Source: the human T2T-CHM13v2.0 reference genome, Homo sapiens
Assembly (NCBI RefSeq): GCF_009914755.1
Contig: NC_060933.1
Reading direction: 5' to 3' (one strand)
DNA length: 64,000 nt
The notes below the pieces were generated by a model. The model ran no database searches. It was not told the DNA's origin and saw only the letters and a list, made by a program, of their open reading frames with translations. Positions within the stretch are counted from its first letter, which is position 1. Each line of letters opens with the position of its first letter. Made by a program: the position numbers and the translations under genes. Positions 52,961 to 64,000 of the stretch are shown here, piece after piece.

Positions 52961-53936
52961 GCCTTCTCATCACCCTGCCCAGCCTCTTTCCTGGAATCCT
53001 CGTTGGTGGAACTGCATTTCTGCACAGTGAACATTGATGATCTTTCTGCTTTTATCCTGGAAGTTTGGCTCACCGATCCTGAGCTCACAGGCATTAAACC
53101 GAGTGACCCGCCTGGGTTGGAAAGTCAGAGAAACCTGCATTCCTAGGAATGGAATTAGTACAGGCCCAGGCAGGCAGGAGACACAGGTCCTTCCTAGAGC
53201 CTCGGCTGGGTACCTGTCACATGGGGCATAGGTCCTCACCTTCGCTCAGCTCCCCTCCATCCCCGAGGCCAGGTGGAGACCCGAGGGTGTGGGTCTCAAA
53301 CGAGGCAGCTGTTTGAAGACTCACGGATGTGCTGGGACCCCTCAGTCAAGTAACACGCCTTAGCCCTCCACCCCGCACCAACCTTGCTTTGCTTTTGGTT
53401 CCCCAACAATCAGAGATTCCAAGGTTTGCAGACAGCTCAGCAATTGCTAGTCCGGGAAGCAGGGATGCCAGGAACCTGGTCCCAGCTCATTATTGTGCAG
53501 ATTCATCTTGTCAGGTGACCTGGGGAAGAGGCCCTTGTTGGCCCTGTCCCCACTCGTGGGTCACTGGTCTGTGGACCTGCACTGGAGGGCGGGCTGGCTC
53601 TGGCCGGGTCAGGAGCCACCGTGCAGGTCACCTGTGCACTTGGGGGTTGCTGCATACTCCCCGCAAGTCTCTGGCCTTGGCCGGGGTTGGGCCAGGGTCA
53701 GGCTTATTGTTCCCATTTTGCAGATGGAGCAGCCGAGGTTCAGGGCCTGGCGGCTCGGGGAGGCCGGGCTGTGCTTGGCTGCCTGGCCAGCTGCCTTCGA
53801 CTTCTGGTGCTCTCAGTTTTCCTGGGGAGGAAGGGAAATGGGCTCCATGATCATGGATGCTACGCAGGGAGGGGAAGCGAGGGAGGCTGCTTTCTGGAGT
53901 GGCACTGACTAATCAATGCTTCTTCTTTTGTGACAG

Positions 53937-53981
53937 GGACACCCTGGCAAAGAAGGCCCTCCAGGAGAGAAAGGAGGTCAG
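53937..53981 (+). CDS. COL5A1: Exon 26 (45 nt)
   Basis: gtgacag|GGA...CAG|gtgggt; GHPGKEGPPGEKGGQ; branch-point-like CTGACTAAT at 53905-53913. Confidence 0.98.
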
Positions 53982-56005
53982 GTGGGTGCTCGCCACGCCC
54001 TCCTACCCTTCAGCATCCAGGTGGGGCGGGTCCAGGTGCTCTGGGCTCAGCCTCTGCTCAGGGACATCCAGCTTGGAAAGGAAGGAGCCGGGGACACTCA
54101 GCCCTTCCTCAGGTGTCTCCGCCAAGGGACCCAGCCTGGGGGGGACACAGGCCTTTTCCCCAAGAAGCGGGGCACCCCTCTCTGGGTCAGTGCCCCTCAC
54201 CCCACCCTCCAGTTGCTGCCCATGACCGGATCGGGTGCCCATGACCAGATGGGGTGTGGGCAGCAGGGCAGTGTCTCCGTGTTCAGCCCTGGTCTTGACT
54301 CTGCACAAGCTGGGTGGCCTTTGAGTTTTGGGGAGATGCTATTATGAATGGGGACAGACCTACCAGGTCACGCCGGTGCCAGGGATGGAGTCTTTCTATG
54401 GATGACTGTGTCCGACACTGTGAGCGGCTTGTGGTTCCTCCTGCGGGGCCTGCTGGGCTGCGAGGGTCCCATGCAGCACGTCCACCAGCGCCTTCTCTCC
54501 ACTGCGATTCATGACAAAGCTGCTGGGCTGCAAGCACCTCTGTGGGAAGAGCCTCCAGACGGGAGGAGTAGCCAGTGGGGACTGCTCTTGCTGTCCTGGT
54601 GTGCGCCAACCTTCGTTCACCCCAAGACTGCTTTTCTTGTGTGTTGAAACCGCACACCGAGCTCATGGTCGTCGGGAGCCTGGGGCTGAGGGCAGAGGCC
54701 CACCTGCTCCAGGGTTCCAGAGGCCCCAGTTGTCACAGGCTCTGGAATCGGGCCTGATTAACATTTATCTCTTGAAGCAGGGCCTGTGCAGGCAAGATGG
54801 GGTCTGGGGCCTGGTCCCAGCTCCCCTTGCCAAGGGTGTGGTAGGCCAGGACTGACCCTCCAGGGCAGCAGAGCTAGCGCCAGTCCTCACAGGGAGTTCA
54901 ATTTCCAGTGCCAGGCCTGCTGGGCAGTGGCACTTCTCCAACGTGCTGCCTCTGAGACCCAGAGCGGTCTGAGATTCGCCACTTCTGCCCCGTTCCCTCT
55001 CTTGAAGGTCGCAGCAGCCACTGGGGTGAACCCTCCCCTCGGCCCTTGGCTTCCGTTCACCATGGGAGACCCAGTTCCCGCTGCCTCCAGTGGGGAGTTT
55101 ACCAGCCCTCCTCCCTGGGCACAGCCTCTTATCATCAGAGGTGGAGGCAGCACCTGGGGCCACCAGAGCTCGCACAGTGCCCGGAACTGGTGCTGACAGG
55201 TGGTTGGCACTTGGAGCCCACAGCACAGGCCCACTGTTCTGAGAGCTGGCTTTTCAACTGGAACGAGAGGCATTCACTTACTCCCTGGGACTTCCTGAGT
55301 TCCTCTATGTGCCAGGCATCCTGTTAGCGATGGGATACAGCAGGGAGCAAGGCAGACCGGGCCCGGGCCTCAGAGCTGCAGCCTTGCAGAGGAGGCCACC
55401 AAGCCCATCCTGCCTGGGAGCTCCAGCCGCTGCCGTGACACCATGTGGAAAGGGGGCTGGGAGGGAGGCGGTGGGAGCCGTTCATCATGCTGGAGTCTTG
55501 GGCTGGGGGCATGGGGGCTGGATGCCCACCCCCATGAGCTCTAGTTGAGCATCGGCGAGGCCCTTGGCTGCTGGAGGATGTCTCTTCCCTGTCTAGCAGC
55601 CTTGTCCCTTCTCCCAGCCGGAAGCTCTCCTGATTTATTCCAAGGACCTTAGGCTGGGAATGCATTTCTTTAGGGACAACACTCCTTGCAGAGCTCCAAC
55701 GCTGACCTTTCACCGTCTCACTGTTCCCCCAGCCTATCCCTTATTTCCCTGACTGCCGGGGTGGGGCCAGCGTTTGCTTCACCTCTGTGTCCCGCTCAGC
55801 ATGAGACACAGCCACACCTCCACTGTCAGTGCAGGCTGTGAACACCTGTGCGAGTCTCCCACGGGGGGCCTCTCTGGAGGCTCTGAGCTGGGATGTTCGC
55901 CCTGCTCTCAGCAGGAGGGGTATGCCGAACTCTGGAGTTTCCTGATGTTCCCCAGGCACCTCCACACTGGCATGGGGCTAACGGTCTTTTTCTGTTTGGT
56001 TTTAG

Positions 56006-56059
56006 GGTCCACCTGGCCCCCAGGGTCCGATTGGCTACCCAGGTCCTCGAGGAGTCAAG
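56006..56059 (+). CDS. COL5A1: Exon 27 (54 nt)
   Basis: gtttttag|GGT...AAG|gtgaga; GPPGPQGPIGYPGPRGVK. Confidence 0.98.
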
Positions 56060-57850
56060 GTGAGAGAGACTCACGCCACTCCAGGTCGTCCTGGAGGTCA
56101 GGGTTGGGACTGTGGGCCTTGGCGTGGCTGGTTTTAGGGAATTCTCTGTGGTTTAATGTCCCTGCTATTCAGTCTGGAGTAGCCCAGTCCTCCCAGTCAC
56201 TTGTGTGGACGCTAGGTCTCAGGACAGCGGGCCTGAGCAGGTGAGGGTGTGACCAGCTAGAGTCAGGAGGGCTGATATGGAGCACAGGACAGTCTGCAGT
56301 CTGGTGACGACGCCAGGGGCGCGCTGGCGGCCATCTGTCAGGACGGGACACGTCCTTTTGCTTCTTGCCTCTTTAATTGTTGCCATTTGTCAGGCTTCTG
56401 TCACTCTCCTCGCAGACAGCAGATCCCGGCTGAAGCCAAGAGCCTGGCCTCTTTCCTGGGGAAGCTCGGAAACATTTCTTCCCAGCCATTTGCACATTCC
56501 GAGTGAGAAACAGAGTCTGTCTCCACCGATAGCATCTGGGTGGGCCAGCGCTGTCGCAAGGCGGAGTTCATGGGAGCTGTCCATTTATTCACAATCATTC
56601 GTGTTTCTGCCATGACGGGCTCTGACAACCTCGTTACATGGGGCGCACAGCTCCAGAGCAATATCCCAGACACAGGTCCCCTCTGTCACAGCCCAGCTAA
56701 CTGTGTTTGCTCTGAGCTGGGTAATGCAATCTCGAGTTGTGCTGCTCTCTGGACACGGCACGTTCTGTGTAGACAGACATACCCCTAGGCGCACGCGGAC
56801 CAGCTCTCCTCTTCCTCTGAGAATGGGGACTTGCGGTATCTTAAAGGCTCATGATGATTCTTTCCTTCAAGATGCTTTTAACTGGATGTGAAGGAATATG
56901 TGTGTATATATAGCAACTAGTCAAGCTTGAGGGATTTGTAGAAATGACTCACCAGCTCCCCTGCCCCTCACCTCCCTGGTCTGAAGGGCTTTATGCTTTT
57001 CAAACATTGTTGCACATCAGAAGTGTGTGGCCGCCCTGGGGCATGGAGGCCAACTGGAAACTGTCGTCTGCTCCGAATCAACCCTCCTGACTCTGGCTGG
57101 TCACCCCTCACCTGCTCTGAGAGCCCAAGACATCAGTTTTCAGTGACATGCCCCAGATTACACTAAAATCGAGGCTGCTGTCAGAAATCAAACCAGGTTC
57201 CAAATCAAGTGCCCCACCCTTGTCCCCCGGAGGCCCCGACTTCCATTTCCCAGGAATGAGGACCTTCCAAGTTCACGAGGTATTGAAGAGAGACCTCCCA
57301 ACGGTTGGGAGCCTTAGGCGAGTCAGGTTTTTCCCTAAAGCCAGCTTCTACCAGCAAAATGCCTAGCGAATTTTATAAGGGTGATAATTTAGTAGAAATG
57401 CTGATTATGTGAGTTCTATAGCATGTTTATTTTACAAATTCCTGTCGCATAGCAGAAGCCTCTGCCAACTCCCATACATGGCTAATTGCATAACGCTGCT
57501 TCTGTGAGCTAAAAAGGTGTTTGCTTTAAAATGTTTATGGAGAATGCTCTTATCTTGCCTATCTGATTAAAATTCATTCATGACATGAGCAATCCAGTTA
57601 GACTTGGAAGCAGAGGGTGGAAGGAAAACCGAGGTTTAAAATTATTTTCATCGGGGAAAAAGTTTCTCATACTCCTGTGCATTTGGAAATGTGAGTGGTG
57701 TCGGCGCCTCACGAGTTTGGCCCGGGTGGCAGTGATGGTGGCAGGGCGTGGGATTGCGTGGGCCGAGCTGCCGCCATTTGAGGTGAATAGTCCTTGGTGA
57801 GAGGGGGCCCGTTATTTTCCACCAAAGCCCTACCTTCTTCCCAGGAAAAG

Positions 57851-58216
57851 GTTCTTAGTCCAGTGGGGCTGCTATAACCAAAAGACCCTAAAATGGGTGG
57901 CTTGTAAACAACAGGGAATTATTTCTCACAGTCCTGGAGGCTGGGAATTCCAAGATCACAGCACCAGCAGATGCAGTGTCTGCGGAAGGCTGCTGTCTAG
58001 TTCCTTGATGGTCCCGTCTCACTGTGTCCACACATAGCAGAAGAGGGGGGACGAGCACCCTGGGGCCTCTGGTAAAGGCATAATCCTAATCACAGGGGCT
58101 CCACCCTGTGACCCAGTCAGTCACCTCCCCACAGCCCCACCTCCTAGTTCCATTGCCTCAGGTATTGGGGTTCACCATATGAGTTTTTGGTGGACACAGA
58201 CATTCAGGCCACAGCA
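57851..58216. mobile_element. MLT1A-like MaLR solo LTR
   Basis: cttagtccagtggggctgctataacc...tatttctcacagtcctggaggctggga...ggacacagacattcaggccacagca. Confidence 0.88.
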
Positions 58217-58642
58217 GGCTCGTGTTCCTTTGAGTTCACTGACCTTTAGCCCACCTCCAGGCTTCCCTCTGCCTTGCACGTCTGAAGGGGCACCTGTTTA
58301 AGCTTGACTGTCAGCAGAGTCAAATCCACCCCTCGTTTAGCCCCCAGCTGCTAGGGGGTTGCCAGGAGGCCCCAAATATGAGTTCACATCCAGGCCTTGG
58401 GCGAAAGCCTGTCCCTCTCTGGGCTGTGCGCACATCTGGTCCCAGCCGTGCTGCAGCTCCTGAGTGCTCCTTCCCGGGGCGGCTGGCCGGCCGAGTCACG
58501 GATGCCCCAATCCAGCCCTTCCCAGCCAGGGCCACTTCCTGCATGACTGGGGAGTGCCCTCTAATGGGAGGTGCTGCTCACCCCACCACGGACACAGCAG
58601 CCCCAATGTCAACAGCCCCGTGGCCAAGAAGCCCTGGGAAGT

Positions 58643-58818
58643 GCTGGTTCTGTCTAGTTGGTCCCATTCCTCCTACGGGGATCCTGAAACGGTAGAACTG
58701 TAGGACCGGGAGGGGTCTCAGGAGGCTGCGGCTGGTTCTGTCTAGTTGGTCCCATTCCTCCGATGGGGATCCTCAAACGGTAGAACTGTAGGACCGAGAG
58801 GGGTCTCAGGAGGCTGCG
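58643..58818. repeat. 88-bp tandem duplication (about 4 mismatches)
   Basis: gctggttctgtctagttggtcccattcctcc... at 58643 and 58731. Confidence 0.96.
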
Positions 58819-60659
58819 GTCCTACCTGCCTGCTCTCAGCAGGGCATGGGCAGGGTGGGAGCAGCAGCGTCCCCCAGCCTGCCCAGCCAGAGGGAGGAGA
58901 GCTGGTGCCAATGCCCCCGGGTGCTGTGCCAGGGAGTTTAGTGCTCCTGGGAAATAATGCCAGCCACACAAACCCAGTCCCCCAGGACTCAGGGCAGGGA
59001 GGGGCAGCTGGACATCACCTTGCATTCAGGATCAGACGCTGCTGAGCAGGCTCAACCCTGATTGTATTCTCAGCCACACCTGCGATTTTCCTGTGCGTTT
59101 CAGAGGAAATAAGCAGAATCCAAAGTTGCTCTTCTATTTTGCAAGTATGGTGAGGACTCAAAACTGCCCTAAGAAAAGAAAGTAGCTCATCTCCTAAAAA
59201 GCCCTTCTTGGTGGGGTTCTGGGGCTGTTGTCTCTGAGGCGATGCCACGCCGTGGTGAGACGGCAGGTGGTTTTCTGGGGCCCCCAGCTCTGTGTCAGCC
59301 AGTGTGGCCCTACCTGTTCTCTTTTCAAAACTCTGGGGGCTTCCAGCCAGGATTGCTTTGGAAGAAGGCATCTGCTAGGAAAAAAACACCACCAAGTGCT
59401 TAGAAACCACTCGCCTCTCAGCAGCTGGCCCAGCTGAGTCACTTCTCACCTTCCTGGGCTGCCCGGGCCCACAGGTGCTGCCAAGCGCGTGCTGTGCTCA
59501 GTGGGGGCAGTGGCCTGCAGCAGGCTGTTCTGAGCCTCCTCGCGGCTTGGCTGGTCGTTCCCACTCAGCCCTGGAATACGCAAGCTGTGTTTGTCCGGCG
59601 CTTCCTCTCCATCTTGAGGTCCATGTCCCATCTCAGGCTGGGGCAGAGACTAGCGTAGGAGAGGCTTGTTTGGAGTCGGCCTCCCTGCTTGGGCCAGTGC
59701 TGTTTCTGAGCTGTGCCCTGTCCCCCCAAGGCGCTCCATGCTGGCCCACATTAGTGTGCCAAGTGCCAGGCCAGACGAACCAGAGCTGCTCCGAGCCCAC
59801 CTTGCCCTCCCGGCTGCCTCCGCCCTGTGCTGGGCGTAGAGGGAGGTGTCCCAGGCCTCTCCACTAGTGGTGGCGGCCAGGTGTGAAGCAGACATGACTT
59901 CAGCAATGGTGCCTGCAGGTGTAGTGGCAGAACTCTTGCTTGTCTCCGGTGCTCCAAATCCTCCAGTGATTATGGTTCAGGGCAACCACGCCGCTGCCCT
60001 GTCTGCGTGGCTGGAAGTGCCTTGCAGCTGGCACTGGAGTGGAAGGCGTTTCTGCAGTTACATCCGCAGCTCATTGGCAGAGCCAGGGCACGCAGCCCAA
60101 GGCCAGCCACCTCTGCAGAAAGGAGCTCCTCCGTGTCTCCATCCCTTCCCAGAGCCCCTCCCTCTCCAGGACCTGGGGAAAGGCCAGAACTGCCAAGTAT
60201 GTGGGAAGTTCTGACCACCAGAGGGCAGCCGGCAGGCCCTGCGTCCTCCAGTGCTCTGTGGCCCCGGCTTCAGCCTCAGCCTGGAATCCCGGTGCCGGGG
60301 GCAGTGTGGCTTCTCTCTCTCTCTCAAGTCCCACGGGCAGGTGGCCTGAGGTAGCCCGAGGTAGTCTCTCTAGCTAAAAGTCACCCTGCTGGGAGGGCTG
60401 AAGTCAAAGACATTAACAGCAAGGGTGTGGCTGCGTAATTCCACCCCACAGATTTACCTCCACTGCCCCAGGCGCTTGGCACAGTGAGAGTGTCAGAGAA
60501 ATAGTCCTGGGCCCCGTCCCAGAAACTCCTGTTCAGCAGGGAGGTGGGATGGTGTGTCCTGAACTCATGACAACTGCAATAAATATGTTATCATCATTCA
60601 TTAGTAATATCACAGTATCATCTCTTCATGTTAACACGGAGTTGAAATACATGGCACTG

Positions 60660-60870
60660 GGCTTCTGTTTATTGACACCTGCTGTGTGCTGGGTGCTAGG
60701 TGCTGTTCTGAGAGCTTAGCAGGCATTTCCCTCCCAACAGTGGTAACGAGGTAAGGGTTGTCGTCCTCTCCACTTCCCAAATGAGGAAACTGAGGCACGC
60801 AGGAGTCTGGGGCATTGTCAGAGGCCATGGAGGGGGAGCTGGGACCTAATCAAGTCTGCCTTAGACCTCA
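60660..60870 (-). mobile_element. MIR SINE
   Basis: Core aaatgaggaaactgaggcac at ~60779-60798, with upstream tttattgacacctgctgtgtgc. Confidence 0.8.
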
Positions 60871-61248
60871 CCTCCTGCTTCCTCCCCAAACCTCTGAAAG
60901 GTGGGGGTGTTTCTAGAAGATGATGCTATAATGGGAAGCAGGAGGGGTGTGTTGGCTGCCGGGTGTGGGCCCTTGGAAGGGCGGGTCCAGAGCTTGGGCT
61001 GGAAGGTGGGGGATGGGTTTGGGTCTTTGCATGAAGAACAGGAGTCAGTGGAGTCAGCCCAGGAATTGTGGACACGCTGGGCCTCCTGAGGCCACAGGGG
61101 GACATATGGGAGGAAGTGTGTTGAGGGCAGGGCGCTGGCCTCATCTGTCAGCTTCAGCGAGCTCAGCCTGTCTTGACACGCCTGCGACAGCTCTAGAAAG
61201 GCTGAGACTTGTAACCATTCACTCCTTTTTCTTTTCCCACCCGCACAG

Positions 61249-61293
61249 GGGGCCGATGGCATCCGTGGTCTGAAGGGCACAAAGGGCGAGAAG
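61249..61293 (+). CDS. COL5A1: Exon 28 (45 nt)
   Basis: cgcacag|GGG...AAG|gtaagt; GADGIRGLKGTKGEK. Confidence 0.98.
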
Positions 61294-63813
61294 GTAAGTC
61301 TCTCCTTGCAGCTACGGGGCCCCCTGCTTAGTCCGGAGCCGAATTCCAGCCAGCGGGGCCCTCCCACAATGCTTCTTCCATGAAACCAGCTGAGGTGGAT
61401 GTCGCCTCTGAGTACTGAGGGGGATGGATGCCACTCTGTGGAAAGTGTCTCTGTTTGCAGACGGAAGAAGAGTAAGTTGAGGATAGGCCCTCGGGTCCCC
61501 AGGGGCACATCTCCTAGCAGAGCTGAGTGGGTCCAGGGTTTGTGTCTCTGCACAAGGAGAAGGCCTTGGCCCCAGAGACAACACACGGCCCCCCACGTGC
61601 CTGCAGGGGCCAGTGGACACCTGTCACCCTCCCCACTCCCAGGTGGGCCGCCTTGCATGGCCGCTGGCACGAGGGTCCACTTAGTTGTTAGATGTTCATC
61701 CCTGGGCAGCCCAAGCTGCAGAAACTCACAGTGTGCAGCAGAGCCAGGCAGGGAGGGAGAGAGGCCGTGCCATTGGCCATGGTCCGTGGGGGCAGGTCAG
61801 GCCTAAGCAGATCACTGTGGTGAAGACAAAGCTAAACTACACCCCCATGCATGCCTGCCAGAGTCAGAAGCTTGGGTGCAGCCTGCAGCGGCGACAGCCT
61901 GAGCCACATGGAGCTGCGTGGCCGGCCACCTTTCTCTTCTCACTGTGGTGGAAGGAAGCTCAGAGCCAAATCCAAGGCCCAGTTATGACACAGATTTAGG
62001 CCTCAGGGGCGGCCTCACCGTGCCACCCTCCCCACCGTGGCCTCACGCTCTGTTGTGGGTTCGCCCTGCCATGCCGTGTAGCCATGCAATACTTGCTTTC
62101 CGTAAGGCATGTTGGTCCCCTTTGCTGGGCAGACTCTGGGCTCTCCCCTGGCCACGGCGGCCTGCGGGGCTGGAGTGCGGGTGCTGGCGTGATGGTCCAC
62201 GTGCCGAGACTCCTTATTTGCTACCTGTCGAAGATGTCGCTTGGATCCTTTCTTGTGAAATCTGCCGGCCTTAAAGCCATTCCCGAGGGGACGCATTGAG
62301 TGGCCACAACTGGATCAGAAATGATGTGGCAGCAGGAACGCTCTTGTTCCACGGAGTTTGTTGAGCGTGCTGGTCCCTGGTTTCTGTTCTTAGTGTCTGC
62401 CCTTGTGGGAGGACCGGCCAGGAGGCCTGAGCCTGTGCCATCTCGGCTCCTTCCCAAGGGCATCCGCACAGCGGAATCCTAAGTCCTCATCCGGGAAAGC
62501 TGAGCAGTTTGGCCTCTCCAAGAGCACTGCTTTCTACGTGGAGCCCGTTGGGGCTTCGGAACACGAGGGCCTTACGAACACAGGGTCCCCATCCCAGAAT
62601 TCCATCCCGTTGGTCCCCGGGAGGCTCCCTCACCTGAGGACCTTTCATCCTTTCCAAGGTGGCTTCACAGAGTCCAGCTTTGCCGCTTGATCTTGTCACG
62701 TTTGTCCCTAGCCAGAGACAGGGCTGCCTGAGATGATACTGATTGGGCTGTGCAGGGGATGCCTTCTTGCCAGGAGAGCTCCCGCACTGTTCCCGAGGGC
62801 CACGCAGGCAGCCCGACATGGTCTGGGGAAGGAGTGGGGCAGTGCCAAGGGACCGTCTTTGTGGACTTCTGCATTATTTGTGGCCGCTGCTCAGCTTCCA
62901 GCACTATGTGAACACTGTGAACAAGTGCCTTGAGGCCCTGGGAGCCCCGGGAGCTGGCGCTGGCTGGAAAGGGCTGGATTCTCACTGCACAGAAAGCTGC
63001 CTCCCTTGCGTGTGCCCCCAGCCGGGCCTTGAATGTTTACGACCGGCTGAGTCCCCAGATCCTGTCCTTTCACTCTTTTTGGATCAAGATGTAGCCCCTG
63101 AATAATGACAGGAAAAGCCCAGCCAAGGGTCCCCTCTCTGGGAGCCACCCGTGCCCTCTGCTGAAGGATCTGAGGGCTTTTGCCCTGCGGTTTCCGGGAT
63201 GGGGAACGTCTAGACCAGGGACTCAAACGGACAGCAGGGGGCACTGACGCGCGGCAGCCTCACTTGGGTCCCAGGTTCACCAGTAACCCAGGGGTGCGCG
63301 GGCCGCTGACTTCCCCCGCCACCCCCGGCAACACCCCTACCCTTCAGAAAGCACTGCCTGTTACTGCAGTGCCGGCAAGAGCAGGCGTTAGGGATTCTTT
63401 GCAGGGGCATTTTCATCCAGCTCCCCGTCCTCAATTGTCACCCCCTTTACCCGTCACTTCAGTGCTTCAGTGCTGATGGGACGCCACAGAGTGCACTGAG
63501 AAATGATACCGGGAGCTCAGGGGCCTGGGCTTGCTGAGGCCTCGCCATGCAGAACATTCAGATTCAAACTGGGCCTGCCCAAGAAGCAGGGACGCAGCTC
63601 TCTCCAGCTTCAGAACGTTACAGCTGGGAACGCAGAGCTCATGGGAAAGCCATTCTCGAGGGATGGGCCCCAAGCCCACCCCGTCCGGGCCATGTGCTGC
63701 CCCCCAAGCGTGGGGGACCTGGTGCTGAGTGTGGTTGTTTGGAGCGGGGAAGGGACCGCCAGGGAGGCGGGTCCTCTTGCCTAGACTAGGGCACTCTCTT
63801 GTCCCATATTCAG

Positions 63814-63867
63814 GGTGAAGACGGCTTTCCTGGGTTTAAAGGAGACATGGGCATCAAGGGTGATCGG
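63814..63867 (+). CDS. COL5A1: Exon 29 (54 nt)
   Basis: tattcag|GGT...CGG|gtgagc; GEDGFPGFKGDMGIKGDR. Confidence 0.98.
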
Positions 63868-64000
63868 GTGAGCATCTCAGGTTTGGGATTTGGGCTGGGG
63901 AAAGCTGGGTGGGCTTGGCCGTGTGGGAGGGGGTGGGGATGTTTGCCGCCACAGGGCAGCTTCTCAGAATGGAGGTAAACTCTTGGTAGAGATTCCTGGT

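Noticed and set aside
59456-59490. Intronic GLPGPTGAA, a Gly-X-Y-like reading that could suggest a hidden collagen exon
   Set aside because: Only three triplets, no adjacent AG acceptor, and exons 27 and 28 already join into the known protein. Expected by chance in GC-rich DNA.

Overview
This is GC-rich human (or very close primate) genomic DNA from inside COL5A1 (collagen alpha-1(V) chain), on the + strand. It runs from intron 4 to the start of intron 29. I located 25 consecutive coding exons (5-29; 1830 nt, about aa 219-828) by hand from AG/GT boundaries and translation. They cover the end of the TSPN/PARP domain, the acidic Tyr-rich variable region, the short COL2 helix, NC2 and the first ~270 aa of the main Gly-X-Y helix. 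All exons are phase 0. Exon numbering and repeat family names come from my recall, not a database search. Introns contain two Alus, MaLR and ERV1-like LTRs, L1/L2/MIR fragments, a MER53, several minisatellites, large CA-, TG- and TGGA-rich tracts, and many small tandem duplications. The supplied six-frame ORFs are almost all artefacts of GC content and simple repeats. There is no prokaryotic system, CRISPR array or new protein-coding gene. The most interesting signals concern pre-mRNA structure and splicing: (1) an ungapped 118-bp, 86%-identical inverted repeat in intron 11; (2) a probably expanded 56-bp VNTR in intron 6 carrying ~22 UGCAUG (RBFOX) motifs beside a weak donor; (3) mutually complementary UG- and CA-rich tracts bracketing exon 19 and exons 7-11; (4) an old direct duplication flanking exon 18.
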